Virus record (IMG/VR): IMGVR_UViG_3300034410_000589
Location: 9,459-73,458 of that record
DNA length: 64,000 bases
From: a virus
Lineage: Duplodnaviria > Caudoviricetes
Reading direction: 5' to 3' (one strand)
The position numbers were made by a program, and so were the translations under genes. Under the pieces are notes generated by a model. It searched no databases and was not told the origin of the DNA. It saw only the letters and a list, made by a program, of their open reading frames with translations. This document shows, one piece after another, positions 17,492 to 28,600 of this stretch; the first letter of the stretch is position 1; every line of letters begins with the position of its first letter.

Positions 17492-18520
17492 TTAATCCCT
17501 CCAAGACATCGTTGCTGAACTTTGTCCATTAACTCCTTTAGCATTAAGGCTTGCGCCGCCTGTAATACTCTGTCTAGTAGTGTATGTAAATTTAGCACTA
17601 CTTACAACGTGTGAACCTTGATACCAGCCAACAGCATAGCCCCAATCTTGCCCTGCAATCATGTTTTCTTCACCACCGTAATAACCTTTTGCTCCAATAA
17701 CGTCCTGTGTAGTATCGTTGTAAAAGTTTGTTTCTCTCCAGTTTGTACTTGGATTAGTTTCACGCCCGCCTATCATGTTAGCATGTTTGAACATCAAACA
17801 ATGTTGATGTTTGTCACCTTGTGGCGCTGTAGCACTACGAGAAACTGGTGTTTCTGTAGCCCATTTAAATGCTTGGTTATTGTTTGTCCATATGCCATAG
17901 TTTTCGTGCTGTAGTCCCCAAATACCACCTGAGCTATTTGAGTTTCCATATTGTGAGCCAAGTGTTTGAGTAATCATATTAAAACGTCTAATTTGACTAC
18001 TGCCACCACCTGTTATCCATGCTGTTTCTAATCCTTGCTGGATAATACCAATATTGTTACAACTCCAAGTGTGTGTTCTAGTGTAACCACTTGTTAGGTT
18101 ATTTTCTGTTCTGTGATTGTAACATGTAATACCATTTGAGCTTGCACAGTGAGCGTTAGCAGCTCCACCGACAGTCCAACACAAGTTTGTATTGTGCATA
18201 CTGTCTTTGTAGTTGTGACCTCTTTCTTGTTTGCCCGGCACGTCAACTGTAGTATCTGTAGCAAAGAATGACTTGTTAGTTTCGTCCCAAACAACACTTG
18301 AAGCATATCCGCCATGTATATAACCTACTGTTATAATTTGTCTAGTAAGAAAAGGTATGGCCATGTTAGTCCACTGACCGCCATCTTTATCGTGATAAAC
18401 TTCTACTCTACCAAAACTACCGTTGTATCTTATATCGCCTGCTTCGTGTACACCGTCGCCTGCACCCGGTAATGTTAAGTGACCAGTATCATTGATATTT
18501 GTATTTTTTAAATTAGCCAT
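17492..18520 (-). CDS. Candidate receptor-binding protein: N-terminal docking motif plus C-terminal propeller-like domain
   Basis: MANLKNT.I.DTG.L.LP...G.IRYN N-terminus; C-terminal domain paralogous to 18520-20478 (GY..GGY...GGEEN...GQD...WRD). Confidence 0.55.
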   Translation of the reverse strand: MANLKNTNINDTGHLTLPGAGDGVHEAGDIRYNGSFGRVEVYHDKDGGQWTNMAIPFLTRQIITVGYIHGGYASSVVWDETNKSFFATDTTVDVPGKQERGHNYKDSMHNTNLCWTVGGAANAHCASSNGITCYNHRTENNLTSGYTRTHTWSCNNIGIIQQGLETAWITGGGSSQIRRFNMITQTLGSQYGNSNSSGGIWGLQHENYGIWTNNNQAFKWATETPVSRSATAPQGDKHQHCLMFKHANMIGGRETNPSTNWRETNFYNDTTQDVIGAKGYYGGEENMIAGQDWGYAVGWYQGSHVVSSAKFTYTTRQSITGGASLNAKGVNGQSSATMSWRD

Positions 18521-20478
18521 TAATTATCTCTCCATGCTCCTAGTCCTGAACTTGATCCTGCTTTACCTTTTGGCTCCATAGAAGTTCCGCCTTGGAAACC
18601 TGACTCAGTATAATAGTTCCAACGGAAACTTAAATTATTCTGAGCTCCGTTAAAGCAACCTAGCTGATAAGCATGGTCTTGACCCATTGTAAAGTTTTCT
18701 TCTCCACCGTTTACTGGTTTAGTGTAAGTGTTTGCTGTTGATCTTGTGATCCAGTTTGTTCTACGGAAGTTTGCACCACTTGCATAACCGCCTTCGTTAC
18801 CTGCCCAACAATAGTTTAATTTACTATTTAAAGACTTTTGTTGGTGATGGTTACTTGGATATGTTCCACTCCATGTACCATATGTTTCTGTACTAAACTG
18901 GAATGTTGTACCATCATTATTTCTAGTAAACATTCCTTCATTTTCCCAACTCATGCCCCATGCTTGCGATGTTGATCCACCTGGTGCACCAATACCTACA
19001 GTTGATTGTGTTTCAGTAAGCATGTTGTATCTATCAAGCTCTGCACTACCTGATGTCCATGCCATATAGTGTTCGTTCCATACAGTGCCGTCTTGTAATT
19101 TATTGCCACTTAGGTTTCTATCAAATGTACCAGTATACTGTTGGTCAGTACGCATGTTAAATCCAATAACATAATTTGATTGTACAGCGTGTCCGTTACC
19201 TGCACCAAATACCCATGCTACGTTTTTACTACATGCACCTGATTGATAGTTAAATGAACGTTCTAATGAATTGTCACCTAAATTAACTGTTGTATCTGTT
19301 GATATAGCACATCTGTTAACGTTGTTCCACGCACTTGAACTTTTATATCCGCCTAACATATAGTTAGTTGTAATATGTGTTCTTTCTTTAAACGGTATTG
19401 CTAAACTTTGCCATGTAGCATCAGAACTGTAAAATTCTGGTTCTCCGCTCTCTGTGTTAATTCTTAAAGCGCCTTGAAGTGTTTCGTCAGTTGCTGAAGT
19501 AGTATTATACTTAATAATTACAATACCAGATCCGCCATTACCGCCAAAATTGTTGGAGTTGTAGTGAGCACCACCGCCTCCACCACCGCCAGTGTTTGCG
19601 CCTGCATTGCCGCCTGGAGTGTTAGCCCATGTACTTGTGCCGCCACCGCCTCCGTCTGCGCCGTTATTATAACCTACACCGCCATATGTGCTACCAACAG
19701 CACCGCCACCGCCGCCACCTAGGCCGCCGTCGCCTCCAGTGTTTGAATAGCCTGAGCCACCGCCGCCTCCACCAAAGAAAATAGTTTCTCCAGTGAGTTT
19801 AATTTCTGCACCTTTACCACCGTGTGGTCTTGGATATGATTTACCAGGTTCGCCGGCTCCACCGCCGCCACCGGGATACCAATAACCTGAACCCCATGAT
19901 CCATCATGCCCTTGTTCTGGATATATTGATCTACCTCTGGCACCACCACCGTAGCCGCCATTACCAATTAATCCATTATCGTTAATTGTTCCGTTTGCAC
20001 CACCGCTTGGAGGAACAGCACCACCTGCAGCTCCGCCACCCGATGCTCCATCACCTGCTGGTGAAGTTGATCTATCGTGAGCACTTGCTCCACCACCACC
20101 GCCATATGCTGTGATAGTTCCAAATACTGAATTGCCGCCGTTGCTACCTCTAGCTTGGCCTACGCCTGCTGAAGCGCCAACGCCTCCGCCTCCAATTGTA
20201 ATTGAAATACTTTGTCCTGGTTCTGTTGGATATGTACCATCATAAACTACACCTCCGGCGCCACCGCCGCCGCCCATGTCTGAGCCGCCTCCGCCGCCTC
20301 CACCAACAACAAGTACTTCTACATCGTATACGTTAGCTGGAACAGTCCAACTTGTAGCGCCTACACTAGTAAAATACACAAGCGTTCCTGCTACAGTTGC
20401 TAGTCTTTGCCCTTCTGAACCAACAGGCAAACTTAGATATCCTGTGTCATTAATTACTGTATTTTTAAGTATAGCCAT
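18520..20478 (-). CDS. Candidate receptor-binding protein with inserted glycine-rich domain and C-terminal propeller-like domain
   Basis: Same N-terminal motif; SWTVP...VEVLVVGGGGGGG...GGSGIVIIKY glycine-rich phage domain; C-terminus paralogous to 17492-18520. Confidence 0.6.
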   Translation of the reverse strand: MAILKNTVINDTGYLSLPVGSEGQRLATVAGTLVYFTSVGATSWTVPANVYDVEVLVVGGGGGGGSDMGGGGGAGGVVYDGTYPTEPGQSISITIGGGGVGASAGVGQARGSNGGNSVFGTITAYGGGGGASAHDRSTSPAGDGASGGGAAGGAVPPSGGANGTINDNGLIGNGGYGGGARGRSIYPEQGHDGSWGSGYWYPGGGGGAGEPGKSYPRPHGGKGAEIKLTGETIFFGGGGGGSGYSNTGGDGGLGGGGGGAVGSTYGGVGYNNGADGGGGGTSTWANTPGGNAGANTGGGGGGGAHYNSNNFGGNGGSGIVIIKYNTTSATDETLQGALRINTESGEPEFYSSDATWQSLAIPFKERTHITTNYMLGGYKSSSAWNNVNRCAISTDTTVNLGDNSLERSFNYQSGACSKNVAWVFGAGNGHAVQSNYVIGFNMRTDQQYTGTFDRNLSGNKLQDGTVWNEHYMAWTSGSAELDRYNMLTETQSTVGIGAPGGSTSQAWGMSWENEGMFTRNNDGTTFQFSTETYGTWSGTYPSNHHQQKSLNSKLNYCWAGNEGGYASGANFRRTNWITRSTANTYTKPVNGGEENFTMGQDHAYQLGCFNGAQNNLSFRWNYYTESGFQGGTSMEPKGKAGSSSGLGAWRDN

Positions 20479-20490
20479 TTATTATTTTTC

Positions 20491-21348
20491 CTAATTATAC
20501 GGGTTATATGGTAGATCAAATCTTTCAGCATGTGCTTGAAAATTATGATAAACTTCCATATCATCTAACGGTCGGTCATACACTGCAAAGTATGCAACAT
20601 CATGATTTCCTAGTGAAGTAGCCGTAGTTCTTGGGTTACTTCGTCCATTTATTTTTGGATAATTGTCAGGTTGATTTTGCAACACACCGTTATTGTAATT
20701 ATTATCTGTTTGACGTAAACGACCGTTAACATATGCTCTAACTCTATTACCGTCATATGTTACCACACTGTGATAAAAGTCACTATTATTAATAGCGCCA
20801 GTTGAAGACCAATACCAACTTCTGTCTGTTGTTTGCCATGCCCATTGAAAATCATTACCAGATGTTTGAACTTCCCAGCAACTTTCTTTGTTAAAAAGAA
20901 TATTTCCACTGTTAGTGAATCTTCTAAACACAACTTCTACACTATTATAATCTAACTCGTTACATGTATTTTCGCATGCAGCATGATCTGATGTATCAAA
21001 TCTCCAATAACTTTTGTATCCGTCATTCGTGTATGTTGGTGAGCCATAAAAATCAAAATCTCTATTTGCTACAACGCCCATGCTTTTCCAACGAGATGCT
21101 GTTGTTCCATCTGAACTTGCATCTATGCTTGCATCTAATTCTATATATCTATTTCTACCACCTTTAGGTAATCCTCTACCAGTAGATAAATCAAACCAAA
21201 AACCATGATAATAACATTCAACATAACCTAAGTCTGAATTATATCGTATCGAACCTTCTGGTGGAAATGTTGGACGTTGTGCTGTTGTACCCTTAGGTAA
21301 CGTAATTGCCCCAACATCACTTATAACTGTGTTCTTTAGTTCGGCCAT
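20491..21348 (-). CDS. Candidate receptor-binding protein with C-terminal LamG/concanavalin-A-like lectin domain
   Basis: N-terminal LPKGTTAQRP..EGSIRYN; C-terminal LDAS...W...FYHSVVTYDG...YVNG...VYDRPL...V..NF, a LamG-like pattern. Confidence 0.7.
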   Translation of the reverse strand: MAELKNTVISDVGAITLPKGTTAQRPTFPPEGSIRYNSDLGYVECYYHGFWFDLSTGRGLPKGGRNRYIELDASIDASSDGTTASRWKSMGVVANRDFDFYGSPTYTNDGYKSYWRFDTSDHAACENTCNELDYNSVEVVFRRFTNSGNILFNKESCWEVQTSGNDFQWAWQTTDRSWYWSSTGAINNSDFYHSVVTYDGNRVRAYVNGRLRQTDNNYNNGVLQNQPDNYPKINGRSNPRTTATSLGNHDVAYFAVYDRPLDDMEVYHNFQAHAERFDLPYNPYN

Positions 21349-21351
21349 GTA

Positions 21352-22290
21352 TTACCCCAGTTTCTGCTTTACTGTATCAAGATCTTCTTTTAATGATTTA
21401 ATTGCTTCAATTAAGTATGCTCCAATTTTTGTATAGTAAACGCTTTCTGCATTTTCTGTAACAAGTTCTGGAATAACTTTTTTAACATCTTCTGCAATCA
21501 ACCCAGGTTCATTTGTTGTTGAACCATCTTTTCTATCATATATAACTCCAGCCAATTGTACAATTTTATCTAATGCATTTTCAATTGGTTGTACGTTTTC
21601 TTTAAGTGCAATACTTGATGTTTCTGTAATTGATGCTGCTTGTAGTGCGCCGCCAACGTAACATGCACCTGCAATTCCTACGCCGCCTGCAACTCTAAAT
21701 GCACCTGTTGTAGTACTTGAACTTGCTGTGTTTTCTGGGACATATACTTGTCCTTTTGTACCTGCACTTGTACTGTATAATATCAAACTGTTGCCGTTGC
21801 CTTCGCCGCCTGTAAGTGTACTTACAAACAAATTACCTGTACTCGGCTGATATGCAAGTTTGTTATTACTTACATTTACACCTGTAATTGAACCACTGTC
21901 AGATGATGTAAACAATAAGTAGTTATTATTATTTGCTGTACCTGTGTCATTAGTAACACTGATACCGGGTGTTGTCCAACTTAGTGCGCCTGCACCGTCG
22001 GATGTTAATACCTGTGTGTTGTTTCCGTAACCGTCTGGCAAACTAAATGTTAAGTTACTTGAAACAGTAGCAGGGCTTTTAAGTGCTACCCAATTACTAT
22101 TGTCATCATCGCCAAGTTTTAATGTTGAACCACTATTTACTTGTAAGTGTCCAACCACTTTGGTTTCGCCTGCGCCGTTAGGATTTAGTATCAAGTCAGC
22201 ATCAGCGTCCAAAGTTGTTACAGTATTATCAAGTATTAGTGATTTACCTAATACCGGATCACCTGCTGTTCCTATTCCTATCTTACGCAT
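21352..22290 (-). CDS. Tail fibre/spike with C-terminal intramolecular chaperone (peptidase S74)
   Basis: TSSIALKENVQPIENALDKI..L.GV.Y...GLIAEDV..V.PELV...LIEAIKSL, the S74 pattern with terminal coiled coil. Confidence 0.8.
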   Translation of the reverse strand: MRKIGIGTAGDPVLGKSLILDNTVTTLDADADLILNPNGAGETKVVGHLQVNSGSTLKLGDDDNSNWVALKSPATVSSNLTFSLPDGYGNNTQVLTSDGAGALSWTTPGISVTNDTGTANNNNYLLFTSSDSGSITGVNVSNNKLAYQPSTGNLFVSTLTGGEGNGNSLILYSTSAGTKGQVYVPENTASSSTTTGAFRVAGGVGIAGACYVGGALQAASITETSSIALKENVQPIENALDKIVQLAGVIYDRKDGSTTNEPGLIAEDVKKVIPELVTENAESVYYTKIGAYLIEAIKSLKEDLDTVKQKLG

Positions 22291-22300
22291 TATATCTTCC

Positions 22301-22621
22301 TTATACTGTTGATGTTTCTAAACCGTAAACTACAGCTGAAACGTTTAAACTGTTGCTGTATACAACAACTTTCTTTCCTGCGTCCAATACAAGTCCTGAT
22401 CTTTCTAGTGTACCGTTACCTACTAATTCAGTATCATATTCGATCCACTCTCCACCAGTTGGTGTATCAGCACTAGCCATTGCAACTCTAATCGTTCTGT
22501 TACCTGCGTCTCTATTACATACGCTAAGTGTAACAACAGCGAAATGATCTGCAGGCACTTCGTATACCGTTGTATTTGTAGCCGCTAATAAATCTGCTAC
22601 GCCTAATCTTCCGTTTGCCAT
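22301..22621 (-). CDS. Small beta-rich virion protein (paralogue of 36578-36907 and 48792-49163)
   Basis: T.VY.VP...A.V.L..CN...LVL.AG..V.V pattern shared by the three proteins. Confidence 0.6.
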   Translation of the reverse strand: MANGRLGVADLLAATNTTVYEVPADHFAVVTLSVCNRDAGNRTIRVAMASADTPTGGEWIEYDTELVGNGTLERSGLVLDAGKKVVVYSNSLNVSAVVYGLETSTV

Positions 22622-22636
22622 TTTAATTTTTCTCCA

Positions 22637-25600
22637 TTATCTTAAAAAGTACTGGTATGCTAAAGGATATCCTGTAACAGGACCAGTAAAGTTCATGTTT
22701 GCTGTAATATTTATCAACTCTCCACTTGCCGTTGTTATAATGTTTGAACTAATAAAAATGTCACCAGCTGTAACACTGTTTACGTTCAACGCGGCGCCGC
22801 CGCCACCAATTTGTGCTTCAATGTACGCTTTAATCGCACGTTGAGTTGGCACAACACTGTCGCTGTTGGCTGTAAAGAATGGGTCAGTACTAAATTCACT
22901 TACCGCAGCCGAGTTACCACCTAGTGTAACTTCACCTAGTGTAAGTTCTTGTAGACCTGCAATATTGAACGCTTCAGCATTCAAGTTTGCAACACCAGTT
23001 GCCTGTTCAATTTGGAACAAGTCACCAACTCTAAAGTTACCATCTTGGTCAGTTGATGTAAAGAACACTCGTCCTCCATCGACATCAAATGTTTCTTTAG
23101 TTTGATCTGGATCTTGCGTTGGTAGTCCAGGATAATTTGTTTCTGCGAAACTACCTGTACCAATGTCTAGGAAATCGTGTCCTGTTAGACGTACTTGAGA
23201 GTATCTAATTCTTGAAGTTACTCCGTCACCGTCTGTAGGTGCGTCTCCAATTGTCATTGCCGGACTTAATTGTAAGAATGCTGTATGTGAACCTGGGTTA
23301 GTTCCTAAGAAACTAACAACAGTAACCAACTTAAAGAACTGTCCAGGTAAACTAGCAAATGTAATGTTTGATCCTGGAACTGGTCTTTCTGTTAAGCGTT
23401 TTACAGCAACAAATGATCCGTTTTGTAAGAAGTCTGCATTACCATTTGATGTTTGTGCATCAACTTCCATGCTTGCAGCACTAAAGCCTGTACCTCTATC
23501 TGCAAAACTAGGATTACTTAATGCTCCGTCACCAAGTCTATTTTGGAATACAACATCGTCAATGTTGTTTGGATCAGTAATAGTAATAGTTGGCGGTGTG
23601 CCACCGTAACCACTTCCTGGTTCTGCTAGTTTTACTTCAAATATTTTCTCGTTTGCAATGTTTACTCGTCCTCTTGCTCGCGCACCAATTTTGTTTGATG
23701 CTACTTGAGTTGTTGTTCCGTCTGCTATTGCTAACCAGGCAGGCTCTCGGTTTATGTTACCAAATGCCGCTAGTTTGTAGCCGCTTACGTTTGCTGTAAC
23801 AGTAATGTTATCCCAAAGTAAGCCATACTCACTGTATGCAACACTATTTGTATCTGCACTTGTTACCATAAACATACCTTGTCCGTAACAAATGTCTGTT
23901 GGTAATGCCGCACTTTCTGTACCAATTGTAGTTGCTGTCCAGTTAATACCATCTAAACTGTAAGCTGCGTTAACACTGTTGTCTGCTATTGCAATGAATC
24001 TACCATTACCCCAAACAACTTTGCTCCAGTTTGAACTTGCTGGTAAAGTTGCTGCTGTCCAACTAATGCCGTCTGCTGACCAAGCCGCTTGGTTTGATCC
24101 TGTGCGTACAGTAACGTATAAGCCCATTCCTCTAGTAATACTTGTAAATCCTGTATTAGGCAATGCACTACTTGTAAGAGTCCAACTTGACCCTGCGTTA
24201 TCTGAGTAAGCAATGTCAGTGTCATTTTGTCCAATTACAATAAATCTATTTGTACCTGAGCCTATGTAACCATACTGTACGTCAACACCTGTTGATGTAT
24301 CTAATCCACCTGGTAAAGCTGAAGTACTAAATGTTGATAAGTCTTGGCTTAGTACAGCATTACTAGATCCTGTTGCAACAGCAACAAATGCACTTGACTT
24401 AAACTGTGAGCTTCCGTCATTTAATAATCCTGTTGTAAATCTATCACATTGTTGTGGAAGTGTTACATTACTCCAAGTTGCAACGTCTCCGCTTGTAGCC
24501 GCTGAAGTATCGTCACTAAGTGCAACAAATTTACCTTTGGCTCCAATACCAGTGAAGTCAAAGTCAATAACTTCTCCGCTAGTACCAATACTTGTTAATG
24601 TAATAACTAGATCATTTTCAGGACTTGTACCACCTAGTGATGTACCTGCTACTGTAACAGTTTCTAATCTTGTATATCCACTACCTGCACTGTTTAGTGC
24701 AACATAATATTTTGATCCAACCCTATCAATGTTAAATGTAAGGTTTGAACCTGTACCTGCATAACTTGTAGGTGCTTGGTTGTTAACCTGCTCAGAAGTT
24801 TCAAAAAATCCAAAGTCTTCATAAACATTTGAAGTAATTACAACATTTTGAGTACTTCTTGTAGGTGCTGTAAATGATACAGCTGGCTCAATTTCATAAG
24901 TTGAAGAAGCGTTTGGTGCAACAAATGTTGTACCAGGAACAAAGTGATCCCAGCCTGCTGTACCATCTGATTCTTTAATAACTGTTGCTACTTTTGTACC
25001 TGCGTCATATGTATCAATTAATGCATAAAGTCCTGCACCAGCACCACCTACAATCAATACTTTCATACCTGGGTATGAACTGTTTAAGTTACCATCTGTA
25101 GCAGATAGTGTAATGCTTGATGCATCACCAGCCTGTGCTGTGTTACTTGCTGTTAGGTATCCACTACCACCAGCATCACCGTCAACTTGATCATCAATAA
25201 CACGAGCTTGTATTAGTGCTTCATCTCTAAATTCGTCACCAATTACAACTTCGCCACTACCTGGGCCAAATGTGTTAAATGTTACTTCAGTATAATCATT
25301 ACCTGCGTGTGTAAATTCTGCTGCAAGTATTTTATCTTGGTCAGTAATAGCTGATGCTATTGTAGCATTATATTGTGTCTTGTTGTCTACTACACCTGTT
25401 GTTGGTACTTCATCTGGATCAACGCCTTCAGCAACTGAACCAAAGTCACCATATGAGTTGTTACCGTTAGTTGCACGTATACGTCCACCTGTTTCTGCAA
25501 GGTAACCAATGTGTGAGTAATATGTAAACACTGACACAAGCTCTGCTCTACCATTGTTAAGAATGTGTGCGCCAATACCGTCACTTATAACCTGTGTAAA

Positions 25601-28600
25601 GTCGTTACTAACAATTGAGTCATTACCGCCGTTATGCAATGCACCGTCAATTCTTTGACCAGTTGCTGCATTACCAAATGTTGTACAGTTTTGTACATAT
25701 GGTGAACGTGCTGTAATCCATACTCTGTTATCATCTGGTCCCCAGCCTGGATCAAGTGATGCATACGCACCTGCTGTCATTCTACTTGTACCTGCTGATG
25801 TCTCTGCTGTCATGTCACCGTTAAGACCTTCAAGTGTTTGTAGTCTTAGTCCAGTACCATTACGTAGGTAGTAGAAGTCTTCTTCTTGTGATCCTAATAC
25901 GCTGTTTACATAGAATCTTGAAGCATATCTTGTTTTGTATGTTGCTGGAACAGTTAATGCAATGCCGCCTGTATATGTACGTCTGTAATTTGGTGCAAAC
26001 TTAAGGTCCCACTTCATTGCGTCAATAATAGATTTGATATCTCTTTCACACAAGGTTACATTATAGTCGTAATCTTTTTCAACAGCCATTGCGCCTGTAT
26101 CATCAGTTACAGTAATATCTGCACCGCCAATAGTTGCACTAATAGTAAATGTTGTTGAACTTAAAATGTTTTTTACATAGTAAGTAGTATCTAAAGTCAG
26201 TCCGCCAACTTCAGTACCAACACCAGTAAATTTAATTGGTCTGTTTTGTCTTAACCAACCTGTGCTTGTTATAGTTAACGCACCACTTGATGCTGTTGTT
26301 GCTGTAACTGTATCTGAATAGTAATCATTTACATATGCTGTAGCTTCTTTTGCAATAAACTCTTTGTTAAGCTCAAGTTGCTGTATGCCTGCATAAACGT
26401 CTTGCTGATCAGTTGCTCTGTTAGTACCTTCGTTACTTCCACCTAATATAATATCATTTGTTGTAACAAATGTGTTGTTGATTTGTGCTAAACTTGCCGC
26501 TTCAGAAACTTCAGCTCTTGCGGCATTTCTTGCAAACTCATAACTTCCTAGTGTAGCATCTTTTTGTACGCCTGTAACTTTAGCACTTGGTTTTCTCAAG
26601 TAACTTATCGCCGCTACAGTTGATGCAAATGTTGTACCTAAACACCAATCGTATCTTGCCGCGTCTAGTAAGTAACCAACATCTCTTTCACACTTTGCAC
26701 TATCATATGTTAAGTTAGGAAAGTTTGCTGTAATCCAGTTTGTTGTATTTGTTTTAATTGTAGCAGCTGCTGATCCTAATAGTGAATGGTCAGTTTGTAA
26801 GCCTGCCGCGGCACCAGTAATGCTTGGATATACTATAGTTTCGCTACCAGTACCGTTATCAACAATATTGATAAAGTCGTCTAGTAAATCACCTACTGTT
26901 GTTGCACTTGCCGCATCGCCTGGTGTTCCTACTACTTGTGTTACACTAGATTGTGTACCAGGAGTAACAGTAATGTTTCTACCTACAGTTTGCATAATGC
27001 CTTTTAGGTATCCGTAAGCTGCTAGTGTTGCCGCTTTTTGTGCCGCTGGTAAGTTTGAAGTTGCGCCTACATGATATGCTTCACCAGCATTAACTGTTTG
27101 CCAGTTACCACCGTATGTTAAATCATATGACACAGCATCAATTAAGTATCCAACATCTTTTTTACATGCTGTTTTACTATATTTTAAATCTGGATAGTTT
27201 TCTGTAATATATCCAATTAGTTCTGCTTTTAAGAAATCTCTGTTTGCAATTAGTAGGTTCCTAGCATATCCTGCATTTGGATCTGTCATTTCGTCTGCTA
27301 ATGTAAATGTTGCAATAGCTTCTTCTTTACGACCTAACGCCCAATCAGTTCTACGTCTGTATAGTCTTGCTAATTGTTCAACAGCACTTCTTACATATCC
27401 TGTTTCATTGTTAGCCAATGGATACACAGCACTTTGAGCTTGTGAATTTCCTGTAGTTGCTGTTACAGAAACACCTTCAACAATGTCACCAATAATTGCT
27501 TCTACTCTTTCAATTGCTGTGTTACTGTATAAGTAATCGCCTGCATCAGTAAGTGTAGAATTATTTGACTTTCTAGGTTGTACGTTTGTTGCACGTAGTT
27601 CGTCACCTATAACACAAGTTTCTGCTGGAACTTGTATTGGTAATACTTCGTAATATTTGCCTGTTGCAACTTTAATAAGTACGGTATTAATTAGTCTATC
27701 TGGAATACCTGTTGCAACACCCGCTGTAATAGCATCTGTAATAATTTTTACAAGTCCTGTGATATCACTATATACAGATTCTGCTGTAACGTTTGCATCA
27801 AATATTTGTGAAACAACTGCTGTAGAATTATCACCGTTGTTAACTTGATAGTTTACTGCTGGTGCTGTTTGATTTAAAACTGCCTGAATAACAGTTAGTC
27901 CGTATTCAATACTTGCTTTAGTTTCTGCTTTTTGTGTTAGGTATGGTGAGCCAACTGTATCATTTACATATGATAACGCTGCTTCTCTTGACTTAACATT
28001 GCCGCCATGTGTAATGTCGTGTATAAGTGCATCAACAATATAACCCATGTCTCTTTCACACTTTGCACTGTCGTAATCAAAGCCTGTTGAAAATGGTGCT
28101 ATATTACTTGTAATTTGTGCATCAGTCCACTCAACAATTTCACGTTGTATAAAATATCTATTAAGATCTAACAAACGTTTTGCATTTGGATTTTTTGCTC
28201 CGTTTTCAACTTGATCGCAAGCATAACGGATTGACTTCCAAGGTCTGTCAATTGTTCGACCTGCTATAGGACTAGCCTCGTCTTTACCATGTGTAGCAAC
28301 ATAATAAATGTCATCTGCTACGCCTGAATATGCCCATTCTGGTGCTTGGTTTTCGCCTACTTGTAAGAACTGACCTTCTGCACCAATTGGTAATCTTGCT
28401 GGTCCACCAGCCGCATAATAAACTAAATCACCTTTAGTAGTAAGTACACTTGCTTCGTTACCAATAGCAATTACTTGCCAGTAAGTACCTGTTGTATCTA
28501 AGTCTGGACGTGAATTTTGTGCTCCACCGCCACCTGGTTGTGTTTGGATAGTTGAAAAGTCATCGCCTTCTGAGAAGTGACCTAATACACAAACATATGA

